Assembly: GCA_047947115.1 (NCBI GenBank)
Contig: CP170459.1
Location: 5,792,001-5,856,000 of the forward strand
DNA length: 64,000 nt
Source of the DNA: Verrucomicrobiota bacterium
GTDB lineage: Bacteria > Verrucomicrobiota > Verrucomicrobiia > Limisphaerales > AAA164-E04
Direction: 5' to 3'
The notes below the pieces were generated by a model. That model was not told the origin of the DNA and made no database searches. It worked only from the letters and a program-made list of their open reading frames with translations. Every line of letters starts with the position of its first letter. The first letter of the stretch is position 1. This document shows positions 46,215 to 54,696 of the stretch, piece by piece. Position numbers and translations under genes: made by a program.

Positions 46215-46727
46215 TTATTCCTTTTCTGACTTGGCTTTGATCACCTGCGCCAGCTGAGTACCAGGAGTATTGATAAGGGTTGCCAATTTCTGAGCTGGAG
46301 CTTGAACAACTCCCACGATTTTGGCGCGCAATTCGTCCAAAGAAGGAAGGTCGGCGATGATTTTGACCTCTTTTTCGTCGAGACGCGTTTCACCCATGAA
46401 ACCAAATCTAATACCTGGTTTATCGAACTCCGACTCAAAATTCTTGACAATCTTGGCAGCCGCACTGATTTCAGATGCGCCGGTCACGACCGCCAATTGT
46501 CCGGTCAACTCGGACCTGAGTTCGCCTTCGAAACCGGCTTCTTTTGCTGCGATGCTAAAGATTCGGTTTTTGACGACATGTAGCTCTGCCTGGGCTCCAT
46601 CCAAACGCCGGCGCAGTTCGGCGAATTGGTCCACTTTCAAGCCTTGATAATCCACCACAATAAAGTAGGGAGAGGCATTGAGGCGTTCCAAGTATTCGGC
46701 ACTGATGTTTTTCTTTGCTTCACGCAT
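46215..46727 (-). CDS. rplJ: 50S ribosomal protein L10
   Basis: VDYQGLKV, VVKNR and ADLPSLDELRAK motifs; GTG start. Confidence 0.98.
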   Translation of the reverse strand: MREAKKNISAEYLERLNASPYFIVVDYQGLKVDQFAELRRRLDGAQAELHVVKNRIFSIAAKEAGFEGELRSELTGQLAVVTGASEISAAAKIVKNFESEFDKPGIRFGFMGETRLDEKEVKIIADLPSLDELRAKIVGVVQAPAQKLATLINTPGTQLAQVIKAKSEKE

Positions 46728-46761
46728 GTTGCTTGAATTCCTTTAAATTGGTTCTAGTGGT

Positions 46762-47469
46762 TTACGCTGCTGCAGCATCCTGTTGCAGTTGCTTGAGGTC
46801 GAGGGATAATCCAGGACTCATGGTGGCTGTCAGCGTGCAACTGAGCATGAATGCACCCTTGGCACTGCTCGGCCTCGCCTTTGAAACCGCATCCACCAAG
46901 GCTTTGATATTATCAGCCAACTTGTCCGCATCGAAGGAAACTTTTCCTACTGGCACGTGCAAGTTTGCGGTTTTATCAATTTTGAACTCCACACGTCCGG
47001 CCTTGACTTCCTGTACAGCCTTGGCGGTGTCATCGGTTACCGTGCCAGTTTTAGGATTTGGCATCAGACCGCGAGGTCCCAACACACGTCCCAACTTACG
47101 AACTTCCGCCATGGCTTCTGGTGTGGCAATGGCGACATCGAAATCAACCCAACCTTCGTTACACTTTTTAATGTATTCGTCGAAACCAACATATTCGGCT
47201 CCAGCGTCCCTGGCAGCCTGTTCAGATTCTCCGCCGCTGGTAAACACCAAGACGCGAACATTCTTACCGCTGCCGTGTGGTAGTGGAACCGTTCCGCGAA
47301 CCATTTGGTCTGATTGACGTGGATCAACACCTAATTTGAAGGCAACTTCCACGGTTTGGTCGAATTTGGTGGCTGGAAATTTCTTAAGAACCTCGATGGC
47401 CTCATTAAGAGTGTAACCCTTGGAGGCATCCACCATCTTCAGTGCATTTCTATAACGTTTGCTGGACAT
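46762..47469 (-). CDS. rplA: 50S ribosomal protein L1
   Basis: KFDQTVE, VRGTVPLPHGSG and LGPRGLMPNPKTGTVT motifs. Confidence 0.99.
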   Translation of the reverse strand: MSSKRYRNALKMVDASKGYTLNEAIEVLKKFPATKFDQTVEVAFKLGVDPRQSDQMVRGTVPLPHGSGKNVRVLVFTSGGESEQAARDAGAEYVGFDEYIKKCNEGWVDFDVAIATPEAMAEVRKLGRVLGPRGLMPNPKTGTVTDDTAKAVQEVKAGRVEFKIDKTANLHVPVGKVSFDADKLADNIKALVDAVSKARPSSAKGAFMLSCTLTATMSPGLSLDLKQLQQDAAAA

Positions 47470-47517
47470 GTTTATTTATGCGGTGCAATCGAGCTGACAC
47501 TCTCCCGCTGTTATTTG

Positions 47518-47943
47518 TTAGTCTTTGATTTCAATCCCCATACTACGAGCGGTGCCCGCAATGATATTGAAAGCTGCATCCTCGTTTCTCGCGTTCAGAT
47601 CTTGAAATTTAGTTTTCACAATTTCCATGACCTGATCACTGGTGACCTTGCCCACTTTTTCCTTGTTAGGCATTTTGGAACCCGAAGCAATACCTGCTGC
47701 CTTCTTCAGCAACACGGCAGCGGGGGGGGACTTGGTGATGAAGGTGAAGGATTTATCCTGATAAACAGTAATCACCACCGGAATCACCAGACCTGCCTGA
47801 TCTTTGGTCCGGGCATTAAACTCTTTGCAAAACCCCATGATGTTCACACCCTGCTGACCAAGGGCGGGTCCCACTGGCGGCGCTGGATTGGCCTGGCCGG
47901 CGGGGATCTGGAGTTTGATCATACCTGTAACTTTTTTTGCCAT
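47518..47943 (-). CDS. rplK: 50S ribosomal protein L11
   Basis: [13 protein letters not shown] and GTARSMG motifs. Confidence 0.99.
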   Translation of the reverse strand: MAKKVTGMIKLQIPAGQANPAPPVGPALGQQGVNIMGFCKEFNARTKDQAGLVIPVVITVYQDKSFTFITKSPPAAVLLKKAAGIASGSKMPNKEKVGKVTSDQVMEIVKTKFQDLNARNEDAAFNIIAGTARSMGIEIKD

Positions 47944-47949
47944 AAATGA

Positions 47950-48504
47950 TTAAGATTTTTCTACTTGCCAATATTCAAGTTCAACGGGTGTGTTACGACC
48001 AAAAATATTTACCGTCACCTTGAGTTTACCTCGTTCAGGTTCAATTTCTTCAATAACACCACTGAAGTTAAGAAACGGTCCGTCATTGATTTTGATCGTT
48101 TCACCCACTTCGAAATCCACTTTTGGCTTCTCTGCGTCTTCAGCATCTGAAATCTGGTCTTTAATGGATTCGATTTCCTCAGAAGGGGTAGGCGTGGGAC
48201 GATCTCCCCCAACAAAGCCGATGATGCCTTGAGTTTCCCGAATAAAATACCATGGACGATCAATAATCCGCTGTTGATCATCCAAAAGAATCATGTTGAT
48301 GAAGACGTAACCTGGATAAAGCTTTCTATTGGAAACGCTTTTTTTTCCACTACGGATTTCCACCACCTTTTCCATCGGCACAAGAATTTCCTGGATGTAT
48401 TCTTCCATTTCCTCGGCCTTCAATCGCTTTTCAAGCGTATCTTTGACCTTTTGTTCCTGCCCCGAAAGGGTATGTATGACAAACCATTGGTTATTCATGA
48501 CCAC
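47950..48504 (-). CDS. nusG: Transcription termination/antitermination factor NusG
   Basis: WFVIHTLSGQE, YPGYVF, KOW DGPF and IFGRNTPVEL motifs. The start may be ATG 48498. Confidence 0.98.
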   Translation of the reverse strand: MVMNNQWFVIHTLSGQEQKVKDTLEKRLKAEEMEEYIQEILVPMEKVVEIRSGKKSVSNRKLYPGYVFINMILLDDQQRIIDRPWYFIRETQGIIGFVGGDRPTPTPSEEIESIKDQISDAEDAEKPKVDFEVGETIKINDGPFLNFSGVIEEIEPERGKLKVTVNIFGRNTPVELEYWQVEKS

Positions 48505-48517
48505 TCTTTATTCAGGT

Positions 48518-48769
48518 TCAGAGCACCCAATCAAGGATGGTCATCACTACCACGTCGACACCAACGGTGAACAGCCCTACAAGGACTGTCGACACCAACA
48601 CAACGATGGTGGATCCCTTCAATTCTTGTTTGGATGGCCAGGAGCACTTCTTTAGTTCGTCACGCGTTTCGCCCACAAAGCGCGACAAAGCCATTAGATG
48701 CCCTTTCTTCCACAGAAAGGCAAAAACAGCGCCTACCAAAACAATCCAGATGATAAATGAATAATCCAC
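48518..48769 (-). CDS. secE: Preprotein translocase subunit SecE
   Basis: ELKKCSWPSKQEL followed by a TM helix; directly upstream of nusG. Confidence 0.95.
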   Translation of the reverse strand: MDYSFIIWIVLVGAVFAFLWKKGHLMALSRFVGETRDELKKCSWPSKQELKGSTIVVLVSTVLVGLFTVGVDVVVMTILDWVL

Positions 48770-48786
48770 AACGTTCCTATTTATAG

Positions 48787-48876
48787 TGGCGGAGGGGGAG
48801 GGATTCGAACCCCCGTTTCGATTTCTCGAAAAGCGGTTTTCAAGACCGCCGCAATCAACCGCTCTGCCACCCCTCC
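48787..48876 (-). tRNA. tRNA-Ser (anticodon TGA), long variable arm
   Basis: GGAGGGG-TG-GCAGAGCGGTTGATTGC-G-GCGGT-CTTGAAA-ACCGC-TTTTCGAGAAATCGAAAC-GGGGGTTCGAATCCCTC-CCCCTCC-GCCA. Confidence 0.95.
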
Positions 48877-48896
48877 GATTTTAATGTTTCCAAAAA

Positions 48897-48972
48897 TGGC
48901 AGGGCGGGAGGGACTCGAACCCCCAACCGACGGTTTTGGAGACCGCTACTCTACCAATTGAGCCACCGCCCT
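48897..48972 (-). tRNA. tRNA-Trp (anticodon CCA)
   Basis: AGGGCGG-TG-GCTCAATTGGTAGAGT-A-GCGGT-CTCCAAA-ACCGT-CGGTT-GGGGGTTCGAGTCCCTC-CCGCCCT-GCCA. Confidence 0.96.
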
Positions 48973-49028
48973 ATGTTGACAACTTCAGGCGTCATCCTTA
49001 GTTGGATGCCGCCCTTTAAAAGACCAAA

Positions 49029-49057
49029 AGCTTGGCGGAAGATTAATCCGCCAAGCT
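49029..49057 (-). terminator. Hairpin after tuf (terminator or processing/stabilising stem)
   Basis: AGCTTGGCGGA-N7-TCCGCCAAGCT 11-bp stem followed by TTTGGTCTTTT on the minus strand. Confidence 0.6.
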
Positions 49058-49071
49058 GATTAAACATTTTC

Positions 49072-50262
49072 TTATTCAACGACCTCAGACACACGACCGG
49101 CACCGATCGTACGACCACCTTCGCGGATAGCGAAGCGCTGGGTTTTTTCCATAGCAACTGGAGCAATCAGCTCAACTTCTACGGAAACGTTGTCACCAGG
49201 CATCACCATTTCAACTCCCTCAGGAAGTTGCACTGTTCCGGTTACGTCACTAGTACGGAAGTAGAACTGAGGGCGATAGTTGGTGAAGAATGGTGTATGA
49301 CGTCCACCTTCATCTTTGGACAGAACATAAACTTCCGCCTTGAATTTGGTGTGAGGCTTGATGGTGCCGGGCTTGGAAAGAACCATACCACGTTCCACGT
49401 CGGTTTTCTTGATACCGCGAAGAAGCACACCCACGTTGTCACCAGCAGAAGCACTGTCCAGCAATTTGCGGAACATTTCAATGTCGGTGGCAGTGGTTTT
49501 GCGAGTGTCGCGCAATCCGACGATTTCAACTTCACTCATCTTGTTAAGGACACCACGCTCGACACGACCGGTAACAACCGTTCCACGACCTTCAATGTTG
49601 AAGACGTCTTCAATACACATCAAGAAAGGCTTGTCGATTTCACGCTCAGGCAAAGGCACGTTTGCATCGATGGCATTGAGGAGATTCTGAATGCATTCTT
49701 CACCCTCAGGTTTGGCATCCAAAGCTGCGGTTGCGCTACCGCGCACAACTGCCGCGTCATCTCCAGGAAATTGGTATTTGGAAAGCAGATCACGCACTTC
49801 CATTTCGACGAGTTCCAACAATTCTTCGTCATCCACCAAGTCGCACTTGTTCAAGAAAACCACGATGGCAGGCACACCAACCTGACGAGCAAGCAGAATG
49901 TGTTCACGTGTCTGAGGCATTGGACCGTCAGCAGCACTCACCACCAAAATCGCACCGTCCATCTGCGCGGCACCGGTGATCATGTTTTTGACATAATCAG
50001 CGTGACCCGGACAGTCAACGTGAGCGTAGTGACGCGTGTCGCTTTCGTATTCCACGTGGGAAACAGCAATCGTAACGGTCTTTGAGTCGTCACGAACGGT
50101 ACCACCCTTGGTGATATCTTTGTATGAGATCGGCGTAGCCAATCCTTTTCGGGATTGAACAGCCACGATAGCGGCGGTCAGTGTAGATTTACCATGGTCA
50201 ACGTGACCAATGGTTCCTACGTTGACGTGCGGTTTAGTTCTTTGAAACGCTTCTTTTGCCAT
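49072..50262 (-). CDS. tuf: Elongation factor Tu with a non-canonical switch I
   Basis: [33 protein letters not shown] and [10 protein letters not shown] motifs. Confidence 0.99.
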   Translation of the reverse strand: MAKEAFQRTKPHVNVGTIGHVDHGKSTLTAAIVAVQSRKGLATPISYKDITKGGTVRDDSKTVTIAVSHVEYESDTRHYAHVDCPGHADYVKNMITGAAQMDGAILVVSAADGPMPQTREHILLARQVGVPAIVVFLNKCDLVDDEELLELVEMEVRDLLSKYQFPGDDAAVVRGSATAALDAKPEGEECIQNLLNAIDANVPLPEREIDKPFLMCIEDVFNIEGRGTVVTGRVERGVLNKMSEVEIVGLRDTRKTTATDIEMFRKLLDSASAGDNVGVLLRGIKKTDVERGMVLSKPGTIKPHTKFKAEVYVLSKDEGGRHTPFFTNYRPQFYFRTSDVTGTVQLPEGVEMVMPGDNVSVEVELIAPVAMEKTQRFAIREGGRTIGAGRVSEVVE

Positions 50263-50314
50263 GCGATTTCCTTAACAGTTGTTGTTTATTTCCAATGTTT
50301 TTAGTTCAAATAAA

Positions 50315-50390
50315 TGGAGCCCATGACCGGGCTTGAACCGGTGACCTCATCCTTACCAAGGATGTGCTCTACCAACTGAGCTACATGGGC
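50315..50390 (-). tRNA. tRNA-Thr (anticodon GGT)
   Basis: GCCCATG-TA-GCTCAGTTGGTAGAGC-A-CATCC-TTGGTAA-GGATG-AGGTC-ACCGGTTCAAGCCCGGT-CATGGGC-TCCA. Confidence 0.96.
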
Positions 50391-50513
50391 CAAATCATTC
50401 TCCACTAGGCTCAGAAGCCCATATTCTCCAGACGACAAAACACCATTCACCCCATCTGTCTTCTGCCGGGGTTCCTGGCGTTTATCTCTAGTTTTAATCT
50501 TAGAGTGGGAAGG

Positions 50514-50542
50514 ACACTACCCGCAGGACGAACCTCTGTCAA
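50514..50542 (-). promoter_or_regulatory. Sigma70-type promoter of the trnT-tuf supercluster
   Basis: Minus strand TTGACA-N17-TAGTGT with an A-rich tract upstream. Confidence 0.7.
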
Positions 50543-50723
50543 CGGCTTTTTCAGAAAAAAAACCAACTGCAGCGGTTCTTGAGTAATGCTGTACTAATCA
50601 ACATAATAGATAGTGCATTTTGAACTGGAAATCAACTCAAAATAATCTTTCCACGAACCACCTTTCACCATATTTTAATCATCACTCATTCAAAGTCCTT
50701 AACATACGCACTAAATTCTTGTC

Positions 50724-52016
50724 ATGAATCCAGAAATGAATCGCAGACATTTTATCAAACACTCCTCCACCGCGACAGCCATGTTGGTCAGCTCTGGTGC
50801 ACTTTCCCTGCACAACACACATGCTCAAGGCAATACGAGCAATAAAATCCGCGTCGGCGTTATGGGACTGAGCCGCGGCATGGCTCATGTCAATAACGCT
50901 GTCAGTCTTCCAAATGTTGAAGTTGCCTATGTTTGTGACGTGGACCAACAACGAATCGACCGTGCCATCGATGTCGTCGATAAAAAAAACGCCCCTAAAC
51001 CCAAAGGAGTGCAGGATTTCCGCCACATGCTCGACGATAAGGATGTGGACGCCATCATGATTGCCACCTGCAATCACTGGCACGCCCCGGCAACCATTCT
51101 CGCCTGCTCCGCCGGCAAGCATGTCTATGTGGAAAAACCAGGAAGCCACAACCCTCAGGAAGGCATATGGATGGTCCAAGCGGCTCGCAAACACAATCGC
51201 GTCGTACAAATGGGCAACCAGCGGAGGACCTGGCCAGCCATCCGGGAAGCCATGAGCAGACTCCACGCCGGGGTTATAGGTGAAACCACATTTGCACGTT
51301 GCTGGTATGATAACGCACGCGACACTATCGGCACCGGTAAAAAGATTCCCGCACCACCCCACCTTAACTACGACCTATGGCAGGGCCCGGCACCCAGAAA
51401 AGATTACAAGGACAACCTGGTCCATTACAACTGGCACTGGCACTGGCACTGGGGCAATGGCGAACTCGGCAATAACGGCATCCACGCTCTGGACCTTGCC
51501 AGATGGGGCCTGAATGTCGAACTCCCCAAAAGCGTTTCTTACACAGGTGGTCGATACCACTATCAGGACGACCAGGAACCCCCTGACACAGCCATTGCAA
51601 CATATGATTTTGGCGGCAAAGGGGCTTCATGGGATTGCAGCAGTTGTCACCCCAGACGTGAAGAAAAGCACGATTTCGTCCGGTTTTATGGCACCAAGGG
51701 CTCTCTGGCCATCAACGGGGCAGGATATGAAGTGTTTGATCTGGACGGTCAATCACTTGAAAAACACAGCGACGAAGGCGGGGACCGGGGGCATATGGAT
51801 AACTTCTTTAATGCGATAAGAACAGGTAAGCGTCCGAACTCCGAGATCGAAATCGGCCAAACCAGCACGCTCCTGTGCCATTTGGGCAACATCGCCTACC
51901 GCACCGGCCAGACCGTCCATTTTGACCCGGCAAGCCGATCAATCACATCAACGCACCAACACTCAGACAACCTCTGGGAAAGAGATTATCAGCCAGGTTG
52001 GAAACCCATCATTTAG
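50724..52016 (+). CDS. Gfo/Idh/MocA-family oxidoreductase with a Tat signal
   Basis: NRRHFIK Tat motif, IRVGVMG, NHWH, GKHVYVEKP and QMGNQRR motifs. Confidence 0.93.
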   Translation: MNPEMNRRHFIKHSSTATAMLVSSGALSLHNTHAQGNTSNKIRVGVMGLSRGMAHVNNAVSLPNVEVAYVCDVDQQRIDRAIDVVDKKNAPKPKGVQDFRHMLDDKDVDAIMIATCNHWHAPATILACSAGKHVYVEKPGSHNPQEGIWMVQAARKHNRVVQMGNQRRTWPAIREAMSRLHAGVIGETTFARCWYDNARDTIGTGKKIPAPPHLNYDLWQGPAPRKDYKDNLVHYNWHWHWHWGNGELGNNGIHALDLARWGLNVELPKSVSYTGGRYHYQDDQEPPDTAIATYDFGGKGASWDCSSCHPRREEKHDFVRFYGTKGSLAINGAGYEVFDLDGQSLEKHSDEGGDRGHMDNFFNAIRTGKRPNSEIEIGQTSTLLCHLGNIAYRTGQTVHFDPASRSITSTHQHSDNLWERDYQPGWKPII

Positions 52017-52084
52017 TTAAATCAGACGAACCCCTTCAAAAAAACACCCCAAAATGGAGTCGTGCGTTTTTTCTTGTTTCAAAC

Positions 52085-52113
52085 TTGAAGCATTTCTCCG
52101 GGAAAAGTAGGAT
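52085..52113 (+). promoter_or_regulatory. Candidate sigma70 promoter with no credible downstream ORF
   Basis: TTGAAG-N17-TAGGAT. Confidence 0.4.
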
Positions 52114-52119
52114 AAGTGT

Positions 52120-52217
52120 GTCTTGGATGACTCAGGACTTATTTGCTTGAAGTGTTTAAGCGTTACTACGTGTGATGAAATCGGATTGGCCGGAGCAATG
52201 TGCTCCGGCCTTTTTTT
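52120..52217 (+). ncRNA. Candidate small RNA (~100 nt)
   Basis: Bounded by a promoter-like element and a strong terminator; internal hairpin GCTTGA/TTAAGC; no credible ORF. Confidence 0.3.
52188..52217 (+). terminator. Intrinsic terminator
   Basis: GGCCGGAGCA-ATG-TGCTCCGGCC followed by T7. Confidence 0.85.
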
Positions 52218-52301
52218 GTGACACAACAAATTTCTTTTGAATAAGCCCCCGACAAGCATCCGTCCAAAGCGGCAAGTTTGTTCATTTGTACGTTTGGGTT
52301 C

Positions 52302-52338
52302 AGGCCGGGCAGTTATCTGTCCGGCCTCTTTATTTTTC
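52302..52338 (+). terminator. Second terminator-like hairpin
   Basis: AGGCCGGGCAG-TTAT-CTGTCCGGCCT followed by CTTTATTTTT. Confidence 0.6.
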
Positions 52339-52392
52339 ATGATGAATCCTGATTTGCATTCTTCACCAGCTCATGACTATAGTGCCTGCTCT

Positions 52393-52902
52393 ATGGCAGA
52401 TTTAAATTCATCCATCGCAGTCATCACAACCGACGCCGGAACCATGAAACTCAAGTTCTGGCCTGAGGTTGCTCCAAAAACAGTCGAAAATTTCATCAAG
52501 CTCGCCGGCGAAGGATTTTATGACGGAACCGCTTTTCATCGTATCGTCAAAGGGTTTATGATCCAAGGCGGCGACCCCCTGAGCAAAGAAGATCACCCTC
52601 AGGTCGGCACAGGCGGACCCGGATACAAGATTAAGGCCGAATTTAACGACCGTCCCCATGTCAAAGGAGTCATCTCCATGGCCCGTTCCCAGCACCCGGA
52701 CTCCGCGGGCAGCCAGTTTTTCATTTGCCTGGCGGAAGCCAGTTTTTTGGATGGACAATACACCGCCTTCGGAGAATTGATCGAGGGTGAAGATATTCTG
52801 GAGAACATCGGCAACACTCCAACCACCATGAGCAACAGCGGTGAGAGGAGCAAACCCGAAAACAGGGTCGGAGTGAAAAGCATTACCATTGAACAAGCTT
52901 AG
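52393..52902 (+). CDS. Cyclophilin-type peptidyl-prolyl cis-trans isomerase
   Basis: APKTVENF, FHRIVKGFMIQGGDP, SAGSQFFI and LDGQYTAFG motifs. Start moved to ATG 52393. Confidence 0.96.
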   Translation: MADLNSSIAVITTDAGTMKLKFWPEVAPKTVENFIKLAGEGFYDGTAFHRIVKGFMIQGGDPLSKEDHPQVGTGGPGYKIKAEFNDRPHVKGVISMARSQHPDSAGSQFFICLAEASFLDGQYTAFGELIEGEDILENIGNTPTTMSNSGERSKPENRVGVKSITIEQA

Positions 52903-52989
52903 GCCCACAAGGGAGTCCCCCTTCCCCAAGGAAAGCAGATCAACAATGAGTCCCTCCCCCCTCTTCCATCGGAAGCAGAACTGAATCAG

Positions 52990-53169
52990 TTGGCCGCCCT
53001 ACTTAAGCAGTTCGGTTGCCCAGGTGATCGGGCAAGTGTCATGGCCAGCCAACTGGATAAGAGGGCACGACAGTTATCCACAGAAAAAGGCAAGGCGTAT
53101 CCGGAAGCGCTCGCTCACCTTTTAAAACTCATGCGCCAGGGTTGGGCTGCCAAGGAAAAAGGGCTTTGA
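52990..53169 (+). CDS. Small helical hypothetical protein (start uncertain)
   Basis: Manual translation (L)AALLKQFGCPGDRASVMASQLDKRARQLSTEKGKAYPEALAHLLKLMRQGWAAKEKGL. Its stop overlaps the NUDIX start (TGATG) and it fills an otherwise empty 266-bp gap. Confidence 0.65.
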   Translation: MAALLKQFGCPGDRASVMASQLDKRARQLSTEKGKAYPEALAHLLKLMRQGWAAKEKGL

Positions 53170-53720
53170 TGTCGAAAATCCAACCCTGGCCAACCATAAA
53201 AACCTGTTCCCTGAAGGATTACCGAATCCTGTCGGTGCGCTCAGCTGTCCGCACAAATCCACGGACGAATGAAGACCATGAGTTTTTTATTCTGGATTGT
53301 CCGGATTGGGTTAACATCATTGCCACCACTCCTGACAACAAACTGGTCATGGTCGAACAGTATCGCCATGGAACGGATACCGTAGATCTGGAAATCCCCG
53401 GAGGTGTCATGGATCCAGAAGATGCATCCGCAGTGGAAACAGGTGTGCGCGAGTTGCGTGAAGAAACCGGCTATGAAGGAAGAAACGCCCGTTTGATCGG
53501 TGAAATTGCGCCCAACCCGGCCATTCAAAGCAATATTTGCCGAACCGTATTGATCGAAGACTGCGAGCACAAGCACGCCACAGAATTCGATTCCGGTGAA
53601 GACATCCGCACGCGCCTGGTCCCCATAGAGGAAATCGACCAGATGGTCCGATCAGGAAAAGTGCATCATTCATTGGTCGTCGTTGCCTTTTACCATTACA
53701 AACTACTTAATAAGTCCTGA
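53169..53720 (+). CDS. NUDIX hydrolase (ADP-ribose pyrophosphatase-like)
   Basis: QYRHG and EIPGGVMDP..RELREETGY Nudix box. Start moved to ATG 53169. Confidence 0.95.
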   Translation: MSKIQPWPTIKTCSLKDYRILSVRSAVRTNPRTNEDHEFFILDCPDWVNIIATTPDNKLVMVEQYRHGTDTVDLEIPGGVMDPEDASAVETGVRELREETGYEGRNARLIGEIAPNPAIQSNICRTVLIEDCEHKHATEFDSGEDIRTRLVPIEEIDQMVRSGKVHHSLVVVAFYHYKLLNKS

Positions 53721-53738
53721 CGAATCCGCCTTTTTCTT

Positions 53739-53766
53739 TTGCATGATCGCAGTTTGAGGTCATAAT
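53739..53766 (+). promoter_or_regulatory. Sigma70-type promoter of the peroxiredoxin gene
   Basis: TTGCAT-N16-CATAAT. Confidence 0.5.
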
Positions 53767-53848
53767 TCCAACTCTGTCTCCCATTGTCATATTGAGGGGA
53801 TTCAGAAATTTGAACAATTAGAACGAAATCCATTACATTATTGAAACT

Positions 53849-54448
53849 ATGAGCGTATTAGTTGCGAAAGAAGCACCTGACTTTAAAGCGGCGGCAGCCA
53901 TGCCGGACGGAAGCATCAGTGAAATCAGCTTGTCCGATTACAGAGGCAAATATGTCATTCTCTTTTTCTGGCCATTAGACTTCACGTTCGTGTGCCCAAC
54001 TGAAATCATCGCAATGGACCACCGCCAACCAAAGTTTGCCGAACTCGGCGTGGAAGTTCTGGGCGTTTCCATTGACTCCCAGTTCACCCATCATGCCTGG
54101 CGAAACACCCCGGTGAACAAAGGTGGCATTGGCCCCGTGAAGTTCCCGATCGTGGCGGACGTAAACCATAAGATCACCCAATCCTACGGCGTGGAACACC
54201 CTGAGGCCCACGTGGCCATGCGAGGCACCTTCCTCATCGACAAAGACGGCGTTGTCCAATCCCAAACGGTTAACAATCTGCCACTCGGACGCAACATCGA
54301 TGAACACCTGCGTGTGGTGGAAGCATTGCAGTACTTTGAACAAAACGGAGAAGTCTGCCCGGCTGGCTGGCAAAAGGGTCAATCCGGCATGAAACCCGAC
54401 GCAGACGGCGTGGCGAGCTATCTCGCAGCCAATGCCGAAAGCCTCTAA
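53849..54448 (+). CDS. ahpC: 2-Cys peroxiredoxin (AhpC/TSA)
   Basis: PLDFTFVCPTE and GEVCPAGW motifs. Confidence 0.96.
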   Translation: MSVLVAKEAPDFKAAAAMPDGSISEISLSDYRGKYVILFFWPLDFTFVCPTEIIAMDHRQPKFAELGVEVLGVSIDSQFTHHAWRNTPVNKGGIGPVKFPIVADVNHKITQSYGVEHPEAHVAMRGTFLIDKDGVVQSQTVNNLPLGRNIDEHLRVVEALQYFEQNGEVCPAGWQKGQSGMKPDADGVASYLAANAESL

Positions 54449-54466
54449 GTTTGTGTAGCCATTTTG

Positions 54467-54501
54467 AAAAAGCGGCGAGGTCCCCCTCGCCGCTTTTTTT
54501 T
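54467..54501 (+). terminator. Intrinsic terminator (potentially bidirectional)
   Basis: AAAAAGCGGCGAGG-TCCC-CCTCGCCGCTTTTTTTT. Confidence 0.9.
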
Positions 54502-54635
54502 ATTCCTACAGAAAAAGGCGATCAAGAGAACTTGCCTCTCCATATACAGGTTGCGGCAAAGGTCAAAAAGAGGGTCCCGGATCTCGAGTGCCCACAACAC
54601 AATTTGACCGCACCTGGGGAAACCTCATCAAAAAC

Positions 54636-54667
54636 AAAAAAAGAGCCGTCGAATGAACGACGGCTCT
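54636..54667 (-). terminator. Intrinsic terminator of rplM-rpsI
   Basis: AGAGCCGTCG-N6-CGACGGCTCT stem with a T tract on the minus strand. Confidence 0.85.
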
Positions 54668-54696
54668 CGTGAAATCCAATATTTGAAAAGGATAAA

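Noticed and set aside
48787..48876. Long-arm tRNA as a possible tRNA-Sec or suppressor
   Set aside because: The anticodon is TGA (reads UCA, Ser), not TCA, and the acceptor stem is the normal 7 bp.
48951..49166. 71 aa ORF between tuf and trnW as a possible rpmG
   Set aside because: Overlaps tuf and the tRNA and has no L33 motif.
49228..50085. 285 aa plus-strand ORF
   Set aside because: Antisense shadow of tuf.
19203..50390. Fusion of the tuf, rif, str, S10, spc and alpha clusters into one block as a novelty
   Set aside because: This contiguous arrangement is common in many bacterial phyla.
51430..51455. (CACTGG)3 repeat
   Set aside because: Encodes WHWHWHW within the usual HYNWHW motif region of Gfo/Idh/MocA proteins.
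52017..52340. 107 aa minus-strand ORF and the 52 aa N-terminal extension of the cyclophilin ORF
   Set aside because: Both cross terminator hairpins and promoter elements and have non-protein-like composition.
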